From Thermoplasmata archaeon (GTDB taxonomy: Archaea > Thermoplasmatota > Thermoplasmata > Lutacidiplasmatales > UBA184), in the NCBI GenBank assembly GCA_030041175.1, contig JASHOK010000052.1, positions 1 to 60,892 of the forward strand: a DNA stretch of 60,892 bases, in the 5' to 3' direction. Made by a program: the position numbers and the translations under genes. The notes under the pieces were generated by a model. It made no database searches. It had not been told where the DNA came from and saw only the letters and a program-made list of their open reading frames with translations. Numbering within the stretch: position 1 is the stretch's first letter; each line of letters opens with the position of its first letter. This document shows positions 28,482 to 38,172 of this stretch, in pieces.

Positions 28482-30047
28482 GTGCCGGAGAGTACCGACC
28501 AGACCCGCGACGGATTGAGTTCCGTCACGCGCGGAACCCTGGTCATGGTGCTCGGGACCCTCGCGTCGATCGGATTCACGTTTCTGTCCCGGGTCATCCT
28601 CGTCCGGAAGCTCACCATTGCCTCCTGGGGGACCTTCTCGCTCGGTCTCTCGATCGTCGGTTTGCTGTCGGCGGTCGCGACGCTGGGACTTCCGCAGGCG
28701 GTGGCCCGGAATCTGGCCTTTGTGTCGGCACCGGCCGACCGCCGGGCGATCGTCCGAGGATCCTTCCGGTACCTGCTCCCCGCCACGGCGGGCTTGACGG
28801 TCGGGCTCTACCTCTTCGCCCTCTTCGTCAACTACGCGTACCACGACGCCCAGCTCTCGATCACGCTGCAGTACTTCTCGCTCGTCATTGCGCTCGGAGT
28901 TCCGGCGACGCTCATCGCATCGATCTTCCAGGGATACGAGGACGCCCTGCCGAATGCCCTCTTCCTCTCGACGCTGAACCCTGCCCTGTTCATCGTCTTC
29001 CTCCTGCTGACGGAAAGCTTCCTTCCGCTCGGGCAGCAGTTCATCGGCGCTCTGGGCGCCTACGTCCTCTCGGACGTGGCGGTCCTCGTGCTCCTGTTAG
29101 TGTACTACCAGCGCTGGCGACCGCGCCTGCTGCCATCGGGGCCCGCCACTCCGGGGTACGACCGCCGGCTCCTCGCCTTTGCACTCCCGTTGCTGGTCGT
29201 GGGGGCCCTCACGAGCGTCAGTGGTTCCGGCGATACGCTGATCCTGGGCTTCATCCACCGACCGGAGGTCGGCTTCTACACGGCCACGCTCTCCTTGGCA
29301 CGGCTGCTGGGCATCGGGCTCAGCTCCCTGGGATTCATCTTCCTCCCGGTCGCGGCCCGTTACCTGCGGAACCGGGACTTCCCGTCACTCAAGCAGACCT
29401 ATGCGACGGCGACGAAATGGACGCTGGTCGTGGCCTTGCCGCTCTTCCTGGTCTTCTTCTTCCTCCCGTCCCGCTCGCTGACCTTCGTGTATGGGGCCGC
29501 CTATGCGAACCCGATCCTCCCGTTGCGGATCGTGGTCATCGGAGCCTTCGGTGCCTCGTTGCTGGGCCCCGCTGCCGCCGCCCAGATCGCCTATGGCCGG
29601 ACGCAGCTGGTTCTCGTGAACACGGTCGCCGCCGCCGTCTGCGATGTCGTACTGAGCTTCATCCTCATTCCGGCTCACGGCTCGGTCGGGGCCGCGATCG
29701 CCTGGTCGGTCTCGACCTTCGTCTATCCCTTCCTCTCGACGGTCGAGATGGCCTACCTCGAGGACCTCCATCCGTTCGAGCGGCACTACCTGCTTCCGCT
29801 CGTCGTGACCGGCGTCCCCGTCGGCGCCGTTCTCGCGTTCGCTCCGTCCCAGGTGCCGCTCTGGGAGCTGCCGGCCCTCGCGATCGGAATCGCGGTCCTG
29901 TTCGTGCTCGTCGTGCTGCTCACGCGCAGCGTCGACCGGGGCGACCGACTGCTGCTGGACGCCGTGGAACGCTTCCTAGGGTTCCGCGTGCCGCTCGTTC
30001 GGAGCCTGAGCCGATGGCTGGCCGGCTCCACCGTTACCTCCCTGTGA
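28482..30047 (+). CDS. polysaccharide/oligosaccharide flippase (MOP superfamily, Wzx/RfbX-like)
   Basis: 521 aa with about 14 TM helices. N-terminus TRGTLVMVLGTLASIGFTFLSRVILVRKLT...LGLPQAVARNL is typical of Polysacc_synt proteins. Confidence 0.8.
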   Translation: MPESTDQTRDGLSSVTRGTLVMVLGTLASIGFTFLSRVILVRKLTIASWGTFSLGLSIVGLLSAVATLGLPQAVARNLAFVSAPADRRAIVRGSFRYLLPATAGLTVGLYLFALFVNYAYHDAQLSITLQYFSLVIALGVPATLIASIFQGYEDALPNALFLSTLNPALFIVFLLLTESFLPLGQQFIGALGAYVLSDVAVLVLLLVYYQRWRPRLLPSGPATPGYDRRLLAFALPLLVVGALTSVSGSGDTLILGFIHRPEVGFYTATLSLARLLGIGLSSLGFIFLPVAARYLRNRDFPSLKQTYATATKWTLVVALPLFLVFFFLPSRSLTFVYGAAYANPILPLRIVVIGAFGASLLGPAAAAQIAYGRTQLVLVNTVAAAVCDVVLSFILIPAHGSVGAAIAWSVSTFVYPFLSTVEMAYLEDLHPFERHYLLPLVVTGVPVGAVLAFAPSQVPLWELPALAIGIAVLFVLVVLLTRSVDRGDRLLLDAVERFLGFRVPLVRSLSRWLAGSTVTSL

Positions 30048-30314
30048 GGGCGGCCCCCCACCCTCGGCGTCCGCGGGCCGGTCCCGAACGTGGTCGACCA
30101 GCAGCAGCACGACACCCCCGGCGAGGAGCAGGAAGACGTACACCGCCAGCGTGTTCGCCGCTCCGGTGGCGCCTCCGGCATCCACGATCGCCGCCGCCAC
30201 GAGCAAGGCCAATGCGCCCGCGATCAGGTACCGGGAGTCGAGCCGGGCCCAGGCGGAGTAGACCATGTACGCCACGAGCAGGCCGACAAACAGCTCGGTG
30301 TACGGCAGGGACAC
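29976..30314 (-). CDS. small 3-TM membrane protein (start uncertain)
   Basis: VSLPYTELFVGLLVAYMVYSAW...LIAGALALLVAAAIV...VYVFLLLAGGVVLLLV. GTG 30314 lies inside ORF 29976..30443. The 3' end overlaps the flippase gene. Confidence 0.35.
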   Translation of the reverse strand: MSLPYTELFVGLLVAYMVYSAWARLDSRYLIAGALALLVAAAIVDAGGATGAANTLAVYVFLLLAGGVVLLLVDHVRDRPADAEGGGPPSQGGNGGAGQPSAQAPNERHAEP

Positions 30315-30480
30315 GTCCGACGCTATCTCCCGTCGGAATACAAAGACGGTAGGGGCGCCTCGAGGGGCTCCGGGCCTCGCAATATAACCGGAGCCACGGC
30401 CTCCCGTACCGCGGCCTTGGATAGGCTTAATATGCCGCCTCAATCGTAGTCACGTCGACCGGTTCCCGGTCAGCCGTCGC

Positions 30481-31110
30481 ATGAAGTCTCCTCGGTGGTC
30501 TCGACGTCTCGTCCCGAGCATTCTCGGGGCAGCCATGCTCGCGGTCATCGTCGTGGCCGCGCTGACGCCGAATGTGGGCGTCGTCTCGGCTCAGGTCAAC
30601 GCCCAGTACACGAGCGTCACCTCGGGTCCGTCGACCCTCGAGTACGCGCTCATTGGCGTTCTCGTGGCCGCCATTGTGGCGGCCCTGGTCGGCCTCATGA
30701 TCTTCCAGCGCCGCAAGAAGCGCGGCGGCTCGGGCGGTGTCGCGGCCTGGCAGGAGCCGACCGGCGCGGGCCAGGGTCCATCCAGCGGTACCGGTGGCGG
30801 AGCCGGCGGCCTGTCCCCCGCGGACACGGTCGCCGCGGGTGCGCTGGCGGGCGGCGGGGTGGCTGCGGCGGCCTCCTATGACGAGACCGCTCCGGCCGCA
30901 GAGCCGGGCCCGGAGTGGGCCGAGCCGGAGGCACCGGCGACCATGGGCAGCGGCGCGGTCGCGCCCCCGATGGACGAGTCCGAGCCGGACATCGACCGGC
31001 TGATGAAGGAACTCGACCAGATCAGCGACGACATCCTGAAGAAGACCCCTCCGAAGAAGAGCGCTCCGACGGAGCCGAGCGCCGACGAAGAGGCCGACAG
31101 CGGCCAGTGA
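30481..31110 (+). CDS. signal-peptide/TM-anchored protein with Gly/Ala-rich and acidic cytoplasmic tail
   Basis: N-terminal signal-like MKSPRWSRRLVPSILGAAMLAVIVVAAL. A second TM helix is followed by QRRKKR stop-transfer. Low-complexity tail ends DEEADSGQ. Confidence 0.55.
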   Translation: MKSPRWSRRLVPSILGAAMLAVIVVAALTPNVGVVSAQVNAQYTSVTSGPSTLEYALIGVLVAAIVAALVGLMIFQRRKKRGGSGGVAAWQEPTGAGQGPSSGTGGGAGGLSPADTVAAGALAGGGVAAAASYDETAPAAEPGPEWAEPEAPATMGSGAVAPPMDESEPDIDRLMKELDQISDDILKKTPPKKSAPTEPSADEEADSGQ

Positions 31111-31197
31111 GCCAGGGGTCGCCGGCCCCTAGGGCTGCCCGCTAGTGGCGCTACGGCCCGGATGAATTAAAGAAGGGCCGGTTTCCTTCCTCCGCTG

Positions 31198-31452
31198 ATG
31201 TCGGCGACGGCCGCTTCGTTGGAGGACCGGCGGCTCCTGGACGAGCTCCAGTCTGCGCTCGCACAGGCGCCGCACAAGGTGAAGGAGATCGAGGTCGGCA
31301 TCGCGCTCTCGATCGCCCTGGGTCGGCTCCGGCCCTCGGTGACCTGTGGAGGCTGCCAGGACCCGCTCGCCTACCAGGGCATTCCGGCGCGGACGAACAC
31401 GTCCCTGCGGGTGCCATTCCGGCTGGTGTTCGACGAGGGGTCTTCGTCCTGA
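31198..31452 (+). CDS. hypothetical small protein (84 aa)
   Basis: The ORF has plausible composition (LLDELQSALAQAPHKVKEIEVGIALS...CGGCQD) but no family signal. Confidence 0.3.
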   Translation: MSATAASLEDRRLLDELQSALAQAPHKVKEIEVGIALSIALGRLRPSVTCGGCQDPLAYQGIPARTNTSLRVPFRLVFDEGSSS

Positions 31453-31486
31453 CGCCATCGGCCGTTGCCCCCGGACGGCCCCGGCG

Positions 31487-32143
31487 ATGACCTCGATCCC
31501 GATCATCGAGACCGTGGTCAGCGTGGTCACGCGGATCCTGCGGTGGGCGGGATACCCGGGTCTCTTCGGCCTCATGGCCGTCGACAGCTTCGGCATTCCG
31601 CCACTGCCCGGCGAGATCATTCTCGTTTTCGCCGGATTCCTGGTCGCCCTCGGAACGCTGAGTTTTCTCGGCGCTTTCACGGTGGCCCTGGCCGGAGGGG
31701 TTACGGGCGCATTCTGCGCCTACGCCCTGGGTCGCTGGGGCCGCGACTGGCTCGTGAACCGGGCGCCCTCCGCCCTGCGTGTCGACCCCCGGCAGCTGGC
31801 CCGACTCGACGCCTGGTTCGCCCGGTGGGGCGACGAGGTGGTCGCGGTGGCCCGCGTGATCCCCCTCGCCCGGGCCTACATCAGCTACCCCGCCGGTACG
31901 GCGGAGATGCCACCGCTCAAGTTCGGATTTTACACCACCGTCGGAGCTATCCCCCTGACCGCGGGGCTCGTGTACTTGGGGGAGGTGCTCGGGAGCCGCT
32001 GGAACGAGATTGTCCCGTACTTCAGCTACCTGGATGACGCGATCCTAGTGCTGATCGTCGGGGTCGCGGTATGGTGGTTCCTCCGGTGGCACCGGGAGTA
32101 CCGGGCGCTGCACGCATCGCCGCCGGCCGCTCCGCCGACCTAG
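31487..32143 (+). CDS. dedA: DedA/SNARE-associated family membrane protein
   Basis: YPGLFGLMAVDSFGIPPLPGEIILVFAGFLV...GRWGRDWL...RVIPLARAYISYPAG. ATG 31487 lies inside ORF 31346..32143. Confidence 0.85.
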   Translation: MTSIPIIETVVSVVTRILRWAGYPGLFGLMAVDSFGIPPLPGEIILVFAGFLVALGTLSFLGAFTVALAGGVTGAFCAYALGRWGRDWLVNRAPSALRVDPRQLARLDAWFARWGDEVVAVARVIPLARAYISYPAGTAEMPPLKFGFYTTVGAIPLTAGLVYLGEVLGSRWNEIVPYFSYLDDAILVLIVGVAVWWFLRWHREYRALHASPPAAPPT

Positions 32144-33486
32144 GAGGCCGGCGCGGCCCCCGGCGCGAACTCCGGCCGGAGCAGGCGGCCCTCGTGGGCT
32201 CCCACGTACTCTCCATCCTCCACGATGCGCCGCCCGTCGAGATAGTGCTCGCGCGGGAGGATCGCCGGCCAGCCCTCGAAGGCGGTCCAGCCGCACGGTG
32301 CGTGGAGAGCATTGGCGTGGATCTCGGCCCGCTTTCGGAAGTCGACGACCAGCAGGTTGGCCCGGTGGCCGATGGCGATGCGGCCTTGCGGCAGCCCCAG
32401 AAGCCGGGCGGGCCGGTCCGCCACCGCCCGTACCAGGACCGATAGGTCGAGCTCGGCGTCGCGAACCCGGGCGAGGAAGAGCGGAAGCATCGTTTCGGCG
32501 CCCGGCATCCCGCTGGGCGCATCGAAGAAGGGGCGGCTCTTGACCTCGGCCGACTGGGGAGCGTGATCGCTCGCCAGGATCGGGATCAGCCCCCGTCGGA
32601 ACATCTCCCAGAGTTCCGCGGCGGCCGGCGGTTCCCGGAGCGGCGGATTGACCTTCCACCGTGCGTCCGCCCCGCGGCCGGCGGACAGGAGCAGATGCTG
32701 GGGCGTAACCTCGAACGATTCCCCCTCTCGAAAGATCCGGCTGGCCAGGCTGGGGAGGGTAACGTGGGCGACATGGAGCCGGAGGCCACCGGGAAGCGGG
32801 TGGAGGCGCTCGAACGCCTGCATCTCCGCCTCGGGCGGGCGTCGCGCGTTCCACCCTTCGGTCCCTTCGAGCTCGGTCGTTTCCCGGAAGAGCCGCGGCT
32901 CCTCGGCATGCACGTGGACGGGCAGCCGCGTGGCGGCTGCCGCCGATAGGAGCGCAGGCAGCCGCTCCATCCGGGGAGGCTCGATGTCCGTGGTGGGGCT
33001 CATGTAGAGCTTGAACCCGGCCGCGTGCCGGGAAAGAGGGGCCACGCGCTCGGGAGCGGTGAGGCCGGCGTAGAGCAGGAGGTCGACGGCGATGCGGCCC
33101 TGGGCGCGGTCCGCCTTGTCGGACAGGCGGTCGACCGTCGTGGTTGGGGGAGTCGTGTTCGGCATGTCGACAGCCGCTCCGATGCCGCCGAGCGCCGCTT
33201 GCCGAGTACCGGAGTCGAACGTCTCGGGCGCGTCGGGGGGACCCGGGTCCCGGAAGTGCGCGTGGCAGTCGACCGCCGAGGGCAGGATGATCGAGTCTCC
33301 CACATCGTGCCGCTCGCCTCCGCGGAGGGACTTTCCGATGGCCAGGATCCGTCCATCGGCTCCGATGCCCACCTCCATCGGCTGGATGTGGCCGCCGACC
33401 AGGAGCCGACCGGCGAGTACGAGGTCGATCGAGGGGGCGCGAGCGGGCGCCTCGCCGTCCCGGGAGCGCCGTCGGGGCCGCGGCAT
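32140..33486 (-). CDS. pyrC: dihydroorotase (cyclic amidohydrolase family)
   Basis: ILPSAVDCHAHFRDPG (HxH metal site), GGIGAAVDMPNT and ILASDHAP. Start trimmed to the Met at 33486. Confidence 0.85.
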   Translation of the reverse strand: MPRPRRRSRDGEAPARAPSIDLVLAGRLLVGGHIQPMEVGIGADGRILAIGKSLRGGERHDVGDSIILPSAVDCHAHFRDPGPPDAPETFDSGTRQAALGGIGAAVDMPNTTPPTTTVDRLSDKADRAQGRIAVDLLLYAGLTAPERVAPLSRHAAGFKLYMSPTTDIEPPRMERLPALLSAAAATRLPVHVHAEEPRLFRETTELEGTEGWNARRPPEAEMQAFERLHPLPGGLRLHVAHVTLPSLASRIFREGESFEVTPQHLLLSAGRGADARWKVNPPLREPPAAAELWEMFRRGLIPILASDHAPQSAEVKSRPFFDAPSGMPGAETMLPLFLARVRDAELDLSVLVRAVADRPARLLGLPQGRIAIGHRANLLVVDFRKRAEIHANALHAPCGWTAFEGWPAILPREHYLDGRRIVEDGEYVGAHEGRLLRPEFAPGAAPAS

Positions 33487-33577
33487 GCCAGTCTTCACGC
33501 AAGGTGGGGGCCTATAGCATTGCCGCGACCCCCCGCCGGAGCGCCACCTATTTCCGCTCCCGACCATCGCCCGAGCC

Positions 33578-34639
33578 GTGGCTGCTCGCCGCCGCTCTCA
33601 CGGGGCGCGGACCTACGCGGCCGCCGGAGTGAATCGGAAGCAAACCTCCCGGGCGTTGGCGGCACTGCTCGGGCAGGTCCGTCGCCGTCCGCCGGGGCAA
33701 GGCGTGCACCCGGTACAGCTCAAGGGCCACTACGCGGGCCTCGTCCGGGTCGGTCGCGAAACGCTGGCCATCACCACGGACACGGTCGGAACCAAGACCC
33801 TCGTGGCCGAGGCTCTCGGCCGCTGGACGGAGGTCGGGGTCGACACGGTCGCGATCAACGTGAACGACCTGGCTGCGGTCGGCGCTCGACCGATCGGTCT
33901 CGTCGATGTGATCTCGTGTCGGAGGGCGGATCCCGAGGCCTTCGCCGCGCTGGGCCGAGGCATCGACCAGGGGCTCCGTCAGTCCCGATGCCTCTTGCTG
34001 GGTGGGGAGACGGCCATCGTACCGGAGCTGCTCCAGGGGATGGACGTGGGCGGTACCGCCATTGGCTTCTTCCCGCCGGGCCGTCGACCCGTGACCGGTT
34101 CCCGGATTCGAGCCGGCGACGTGATCGTGGGACTCCGGGCGAACGGCCTGCATTCGAACGGGTTCACGCTGGCCCGCCGCATCGTCCGTGACGCTGGAGC
34201 CGACTGGCGCCGACCGCGTCCGGGCAGTCGACGGCCCCTGGGCATCGAATTCTTGACCCCCACGAGGATCTATGTGGCCGCGTCCGAGGGGCTCGCCGAC
34301 GTTCCGGGAGTTACGGGCTTCGCGCACATCTCGGGTGGCGGCGTGAGGAACCTGCCCCGGCTGTCCGAGAAGGTCCGGTTCGTCCTGGATGGCTGGCCTC
34401 GGCCTTCGGGGCTGTTCGAGTGGCTTGGCCGAACGGGCAGTGTCGAACCCGATGAGCTCTACCAGACGTTCAACATGGGAATCGGGTTTGTCGCGATCGT
34501 CCGGTCCGGGTCTCTCCACCGATCGCTCGCCTGGCTCCGGCGAGCGGGATACGCGGACGCCCGGGTCGTGGGTCGAGTCGCCCGGGGCCGGGGGGTCGCG
34601 CTGCCGCACCTCGGGCTCGAGTATTCGGGCTACGCCTGA
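33578..34639 (+). CDS. purM: phosphoribosylformylglycinamidine cyclo-ligase (AIR synthetase)
   Basis: YAAAGVN..., LAITTDTVGTKTLVAE, VGVDTVAINVNDLAAVGARP and GGETA. Confidence 0.9.
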   Translation: MAARRRSHGARTYAAAGVNRKQTSRALAALLGQVRRRPPGQGVHPVQLKGHYAGLVRVGRETLAITTDTVGTKTLVAEALGRWTEVGVDTVAINVNDLAAVGARPIGLVDVISCRRADPEAFAALGRGIDQGLRQSRCLLLGGETAIVPELLQGMDVGGTAIGFFPPGRRPVTGSRIRAGDVIVGLRANGLHSNGFTLARRIVRDAGADWRRPRPGSRRPLGIEFLTPTRIYVAASEGLADVPGVTGFAHISGGGVRNLPRLSEKVRFVLDGWPRPSGLFEWLGRTGSVEPDELYQTFNMGIGFVAIVRSGSLHRSLAWLRRAGYADARVVGRVARGRGVALPHLGLEYSGYA

Positions 34640-34683
34640 CCTCCCGCCCAATCGTTTTAGATTTCGCCCGGGTAACGACCCGG

Positions 34684-35694
34684 ATGTCCGACGGCCACCT
34701 GTCGCCCGGCCCATCTGCGGCGATGGCTGTGGTCGCCGCCTTTCTGTGGGCGACCTACTTCTTCTTCGTTCTCGCGCTAACGCCCGGGACCGCTCCGTCG
34801 GCGGTCATCGTGTATCCGTTCCTGATCGCCGGCACGGTCTACGTACTCTGGGCCGCGCTCTGGGGGCACGGCTCGGCGGTCGTGGAGCTGTTTCTCGACC
34901 CGCGGGCATGGCTGCGGGTCGTCTTCCTGATGACGATGCAGCTGTCCGTTCTGGCCTGCACCTACGCCTCCGGTGCGGTCGATACGTCGCTGCTGGCGCT
35001 GCTCGGAGACGCCGCGGTAACGCCGCTCGTGGCCATGGTGATCCTGCGGGAGGGACGGCACCGGGCCCGGTCGCCCGCCTTCGTGGGAGGTCTCCTGCTC
35101 GCGATCGCCGGCGCCTCTCTCACGATCGTCGCCAGCGGCCGCGCGGCGCCCTTCCGTGGGCTGACGCTGCTGGTCGCCCCGCTCGTACCCCTGAGCATCG
35201 CGGCGTTCTACATCCTCTCGGCGCGGGAAGGTCAGCGACGACCCTCGAGTGCCGTGGTCGGAGAAGCCACGCTCGCCGCCGGCGTCGTCAGCGTGGTGGT
35301 GGCCGGAATTCTTCCCGGCGGCTGGCACGGTCTCGTGCTCACTACCGGCACCCAGGTGGCTTTGCTCCTCGGGGTCGGCGTCTCCTCGTTCTTCGTCGCA
35401 CCCGCGCTCTACTTCCGGGCCGTGGCCCGATCGGGCATCGTGCTTCCCGGCCTCTTTCAGGTGCTGATCCCGGTCTTTGCCCTGCTACTGTCGATCCTCC
35501 TGCTCCACTACCTACCCGCAGCGCTGGGGCTTCTCGGAATCCCGGTGGCCGTAACCGGCGGACTCCTGGCCTACCGGGGGGCCCAGTCGCCGGCGCCGCC
35601 GGCGTCGCGCGACGAAGCGCTGCTCACCGAGGGAGGGACCCTGGCGCCGGATGCGCCGGACGATCCCGGGAGCCCGGCGACCGGCGTCAAGTGA
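34684..35694 (+). CDS. EamA/DMT-family transporter
   Basis: 336 aa with about 10 TM helices in two similar halves, typical of DMT permeases. Confidence 0.75.
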   Translation: MSDGHLSPGPSAAMAVVAAFLWATYFFFVLALTPGTAPSAVIVYPFLIAGTVYVLWAALWGHGSAVVELFLDPRAWLRVVFLMTMQLSVLACTYASGAVDTSLLALLGDAAVTPLVAMVILREGRHRARSPAFVGGLLLAIAGASLTIVASGRAAPFRGLTLLVAPLVPLSIAAFYILSAREGQRRPSSAVVGEATLAAGVVSVVVAGILPGGWHGLVLTTGTQVALLLGVGVSSFFVAPALYFRAVARSGIVLPGLFQVLIPVFALLLSILLLHYLPAALGLLGIPVAVTGGLLAYRGAQSPAPPASRDEALLTEGGTLAPDAPDDPGSPATGVK

Positions 35695-38149
35695 AGTCGC
35701 TCAATCGTGTGGCGCGCTTCGAGCGCTTCGACGTTCCGGCCACGCTGCCCACCGCGTCGCCGAGCGAGGCCGCGCCGGGACCGGCGGGCGGGGCTCCGTC
35801 GCTCAGCGTCCGCTGACGGCTGCCCTTCAGCAGGTCCGCGGCATTCCAGCCGAAGACCTCCGTCACGCGGGCCAGGGTCTGGGCCAGGCGTTCCGCATAG
35901 TAACTGTAGTCCGGGCGAAGGTGCGCCGGGAACTTCCGTCCCTCGATCCAGGGCTCGACCTCCTGCGGCGTCTTTCGGGCATTGGTCACGACCCAGGCAA
36001 CTTTCATGCCGGGAATGACGTCGAAGCCTTCCGACTGGAGCTGCTTGAAGACGCGCAGGAACGGCAGGCTTTCCCGGGTCGAGACGTTGTACTCGCTCTC
36101 CGGTCGGACCGTCCGGGCGATGACGAGCCGCTCCACCGGCACCCGACCCTCCTGCACCTCGGCGACCAGTTCGCGTGCCCGCACCAGCGTGCCGGGCGTA
36201 TCGCCCGAGAGAATCTTCGCGAAGACCTCTCGAAGCGCGGCGGATTGGTAGTCGAAGGTGTCGGTCCGTTGCGTTTCGTATCCGCGGATGACCACGTCAT
36301 CCTTGGGCCAGACCGTGTGGCCGACGTACCGCTTCTTCGCCCCGTGGGAGAAGAGCGCGTCGTAGACCGACTGGAATTCGAAGGTGACTCCCTGGTTCGT
36401 GAACCGGCGGGCGAGGTCCTGTCCGAACCGAGTGGCGCCCGCGAGCGTCGGCTCGGGGGACTTTACGAAGACCGAGTCGGTGTCGGAGTAGACGACCTCG
36501 TACCCGTCATTCTCGAGCTCCTGGATGATCGTCGTGATCGCCTGGCGGCCAAAGGCCGTGATCGCGGCGCCGATGTCCGGGTTCGTGAACCGGTAGAAGC
36601 TGGAGGCCAGAACACCGTAGAAGGAGTTCATCAGGACCTTCACGGCGGCCTGGAGACCGTCATAGTACCGCTGGAGCTCGGGTGAGTTCGTCTCCCGCCC
36701 CTTCTGGCGGATCGAATCCCGTTCGGCGAGCAGATTGCGGAGGACCTCCGGGATCAGCCCGGGACGCTCCTCGGCCGACAGGAAGTGGGCACCCGTCGGC
36801 GCGACCGTCGGGCCCTCGGGCGCGAGCGTCGTGAAGCAGAGGTTCTTCGAAATGATGATGTTCGGGTACATCGACTTGAAGTCGAGCACCACGATCCAGT
36901 TGTACAGTCCGGGCTTGATCGTGTGGACGTAGCCCCCCTCGATCATCGTGTCGCTGCGAGCGTACCGGTTCTGCGGCACGCCGATGTGCCGCTGGTCGGC
37001 CCGCGGGATCAGCAACGAGTCGACGAACAACGAGGTCCGGCCGTTGAGTCCCTCCTCGAGCGGTAGATTCGCAACGGTGGCGAGGTCGGCAGCCTTGTCC
37101 AGGGATCGGAGTCGCAGCAGGATCCGGGCGGCCAGCCGGGCGTCATGGAGACAGTACTCCATGACGCGCTCCGGGGCCTTCGCCCACTCGGCCTCGATGT
37201 TGCGTCGGTCCACGTCCAGCTTGCCTTCTCCGAGGAGCTGCTGGGCCACAAACTGCAGGGTCTCCTGCCGGGGATGGAGCTCCATCCGAGCGGACCACCA
37301 GGCGTCGGCCACCACCCGGCCGTCAAGTCGCCAGACCCGATCGCCGCCGGAGCGCGGCTCCGCTTCGCCGCCTTTTCGGCCGACGGCGAGTACGGGTACC
37401 TGGAGCGCGTCACCGCGCTCCTTGAGCAGCGGCAGGTCGTAGCCGCCGATGTTGTAGCCGGTGATGACATCCGGATCGTACTCCCGGATGCGGTCGTCGA
37501 AGGCCCGAAGAATATCAGCCTCCGGTGTCGGTTGTCCGATCCGGAACGTCGCGATCTCCGTTCCGTCCCGGTAGACCGACCCGCAGATCGTGAAGATCGT
37601 ACGGGCCCGGATCGCGTTCTCGATATCGAACGAGAGCACCGTCAGCGGTGGACGGAACGGCTCCGCGGGGGCGATGTCGCTGTGGTCCGTTACGATGCGA
37701 ACGACGCGTTGGGCCGAGTATCGGGAGGCGACCTCGGCCGGCTCGGGCTCGGCCTCAAATCGTAGCGTCAGGCCGACGCCCTTGTCGTAGAGGAACCGGT
37801 GCACGAAGGGGATGTCGGCGGAGAGGACGCTCCACGCCACGCCTTCGCGGTGGTAGCGGGCCCGGAAGTCGGGGACGGTCCACGGAAACTGGACCGTGAC
37901 CCGAAGGGCGGGTCGATTCTTTCCCTCGACGAAGACGTCGACCGGGTCCTTGGCAACGACCTGCGGCTCCTTGTCCAGCTGGGCCTTCTGTTCGTCGGTG
38001 GGCTCGCAGAGGATGAAGTACGGTCGGAACCCGTAGTAACGGGCGACCATGGACTCGCCCTGCCGGGTGCGGCCGAAGAGCTCGACCACCACGCCGTTGT
38101 CAAGTGGAGCGTAGGAACCCCCGACCAGGAAGAGCTCTACCGGCTCCAC
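35687..38149 (-). CDS. polB: family B DNA polymerase
   Basis: Exo motifs (LSFDIEN, YNIGGYDLPLL). Pol motifs LDFKSMYPNIII, KVLMNSFYGVL and VVYSDTDSVFV. Start trimmed to GTG 38149, residue 205 of ORF 35687..38761, because the upstream part overlaps udg in another frame and is Arg/Gly/Pro junk. Confidence 0.92.
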   Translation of the reverse strand: MEPVELFLVGGSYAPLDNGVVVELFGRTRQGESMVARYYGFRPYFILCEPTDEQKAQLDKEPQVVAKDPVDVFVEGKNRPALRVTVQFPWTVPDFRARYHREGVAWSVLSADIPFVHRFLYDKGVGLTLRFEAEPEPAEVASRYSAQRVVRIVTDHSDIAPAEPFRPPLTVLSFDIENAIRARTIFTICGSVYRDGTEIATFRIGQPTPEADILRAFDDRIREYDPDVITGYNIGGYDLPLLKERGDALQVPVLAVGRKGGEAEPRSGGDRVWRLDGRVVADAWWSARMELHPRQETLQFVAQQLLGEGKLDVDRRNIEAEWAKAPERVMEYCLHDARLAARILLRLRSLDKAADLATVANLPLEEGLNGRTSLFVDSLLIPRADQRHIGVPQNRYARSDTMIEGGYVHTIKPGLYNWIVVLDFKSMYPNIIISKNLCFTTLAPEGPTVAPTGAHFLSAEERPGLIPEVLRNLLAERDSIRQKGRETNSPELQRYYDGLQAAVKVLMNSFYGVLASSFYRFTNPDIGAAITAFGRQAITTIIQELENDGYEVVYSDTDSVFVKSPEPTLAGATRFGQDLARRFTNQGVTFEFQSVYDALFSHGAKKRYVGHTVWPKDDVVIRGYETQRTDTFDYQSAALREVFAKILSGDTPGTLVRARELVAEVQEGRVPVERLVIARTVRPESEYNVSTRESLPFLRVFKQLQSEGFDVIPGMKVAWVVTNARKTPQEVEPWIEGRKFPAHLRPDYSYYAERLAQTLARVTEVFGWNAADLLKGSRQRTLSDGAPPAGPGAASLGDAVGSVAGTSKRSKRATRLSDFT

Positions 38150-38172
38150 GGGGGTCCGGACCCGCCCCGTCC

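Noticed and set aside
32045-34714. ORFs 32045..33502(-), 33025..34191(+), 33548..34714(-) and 34389..35816(+)
   Set aside because: These are out-of-frame or antisense to pyrC, purM and the EamA transporter, all of which carry family motifs. The rejected frames are Arg/Gly/Pro-rich.
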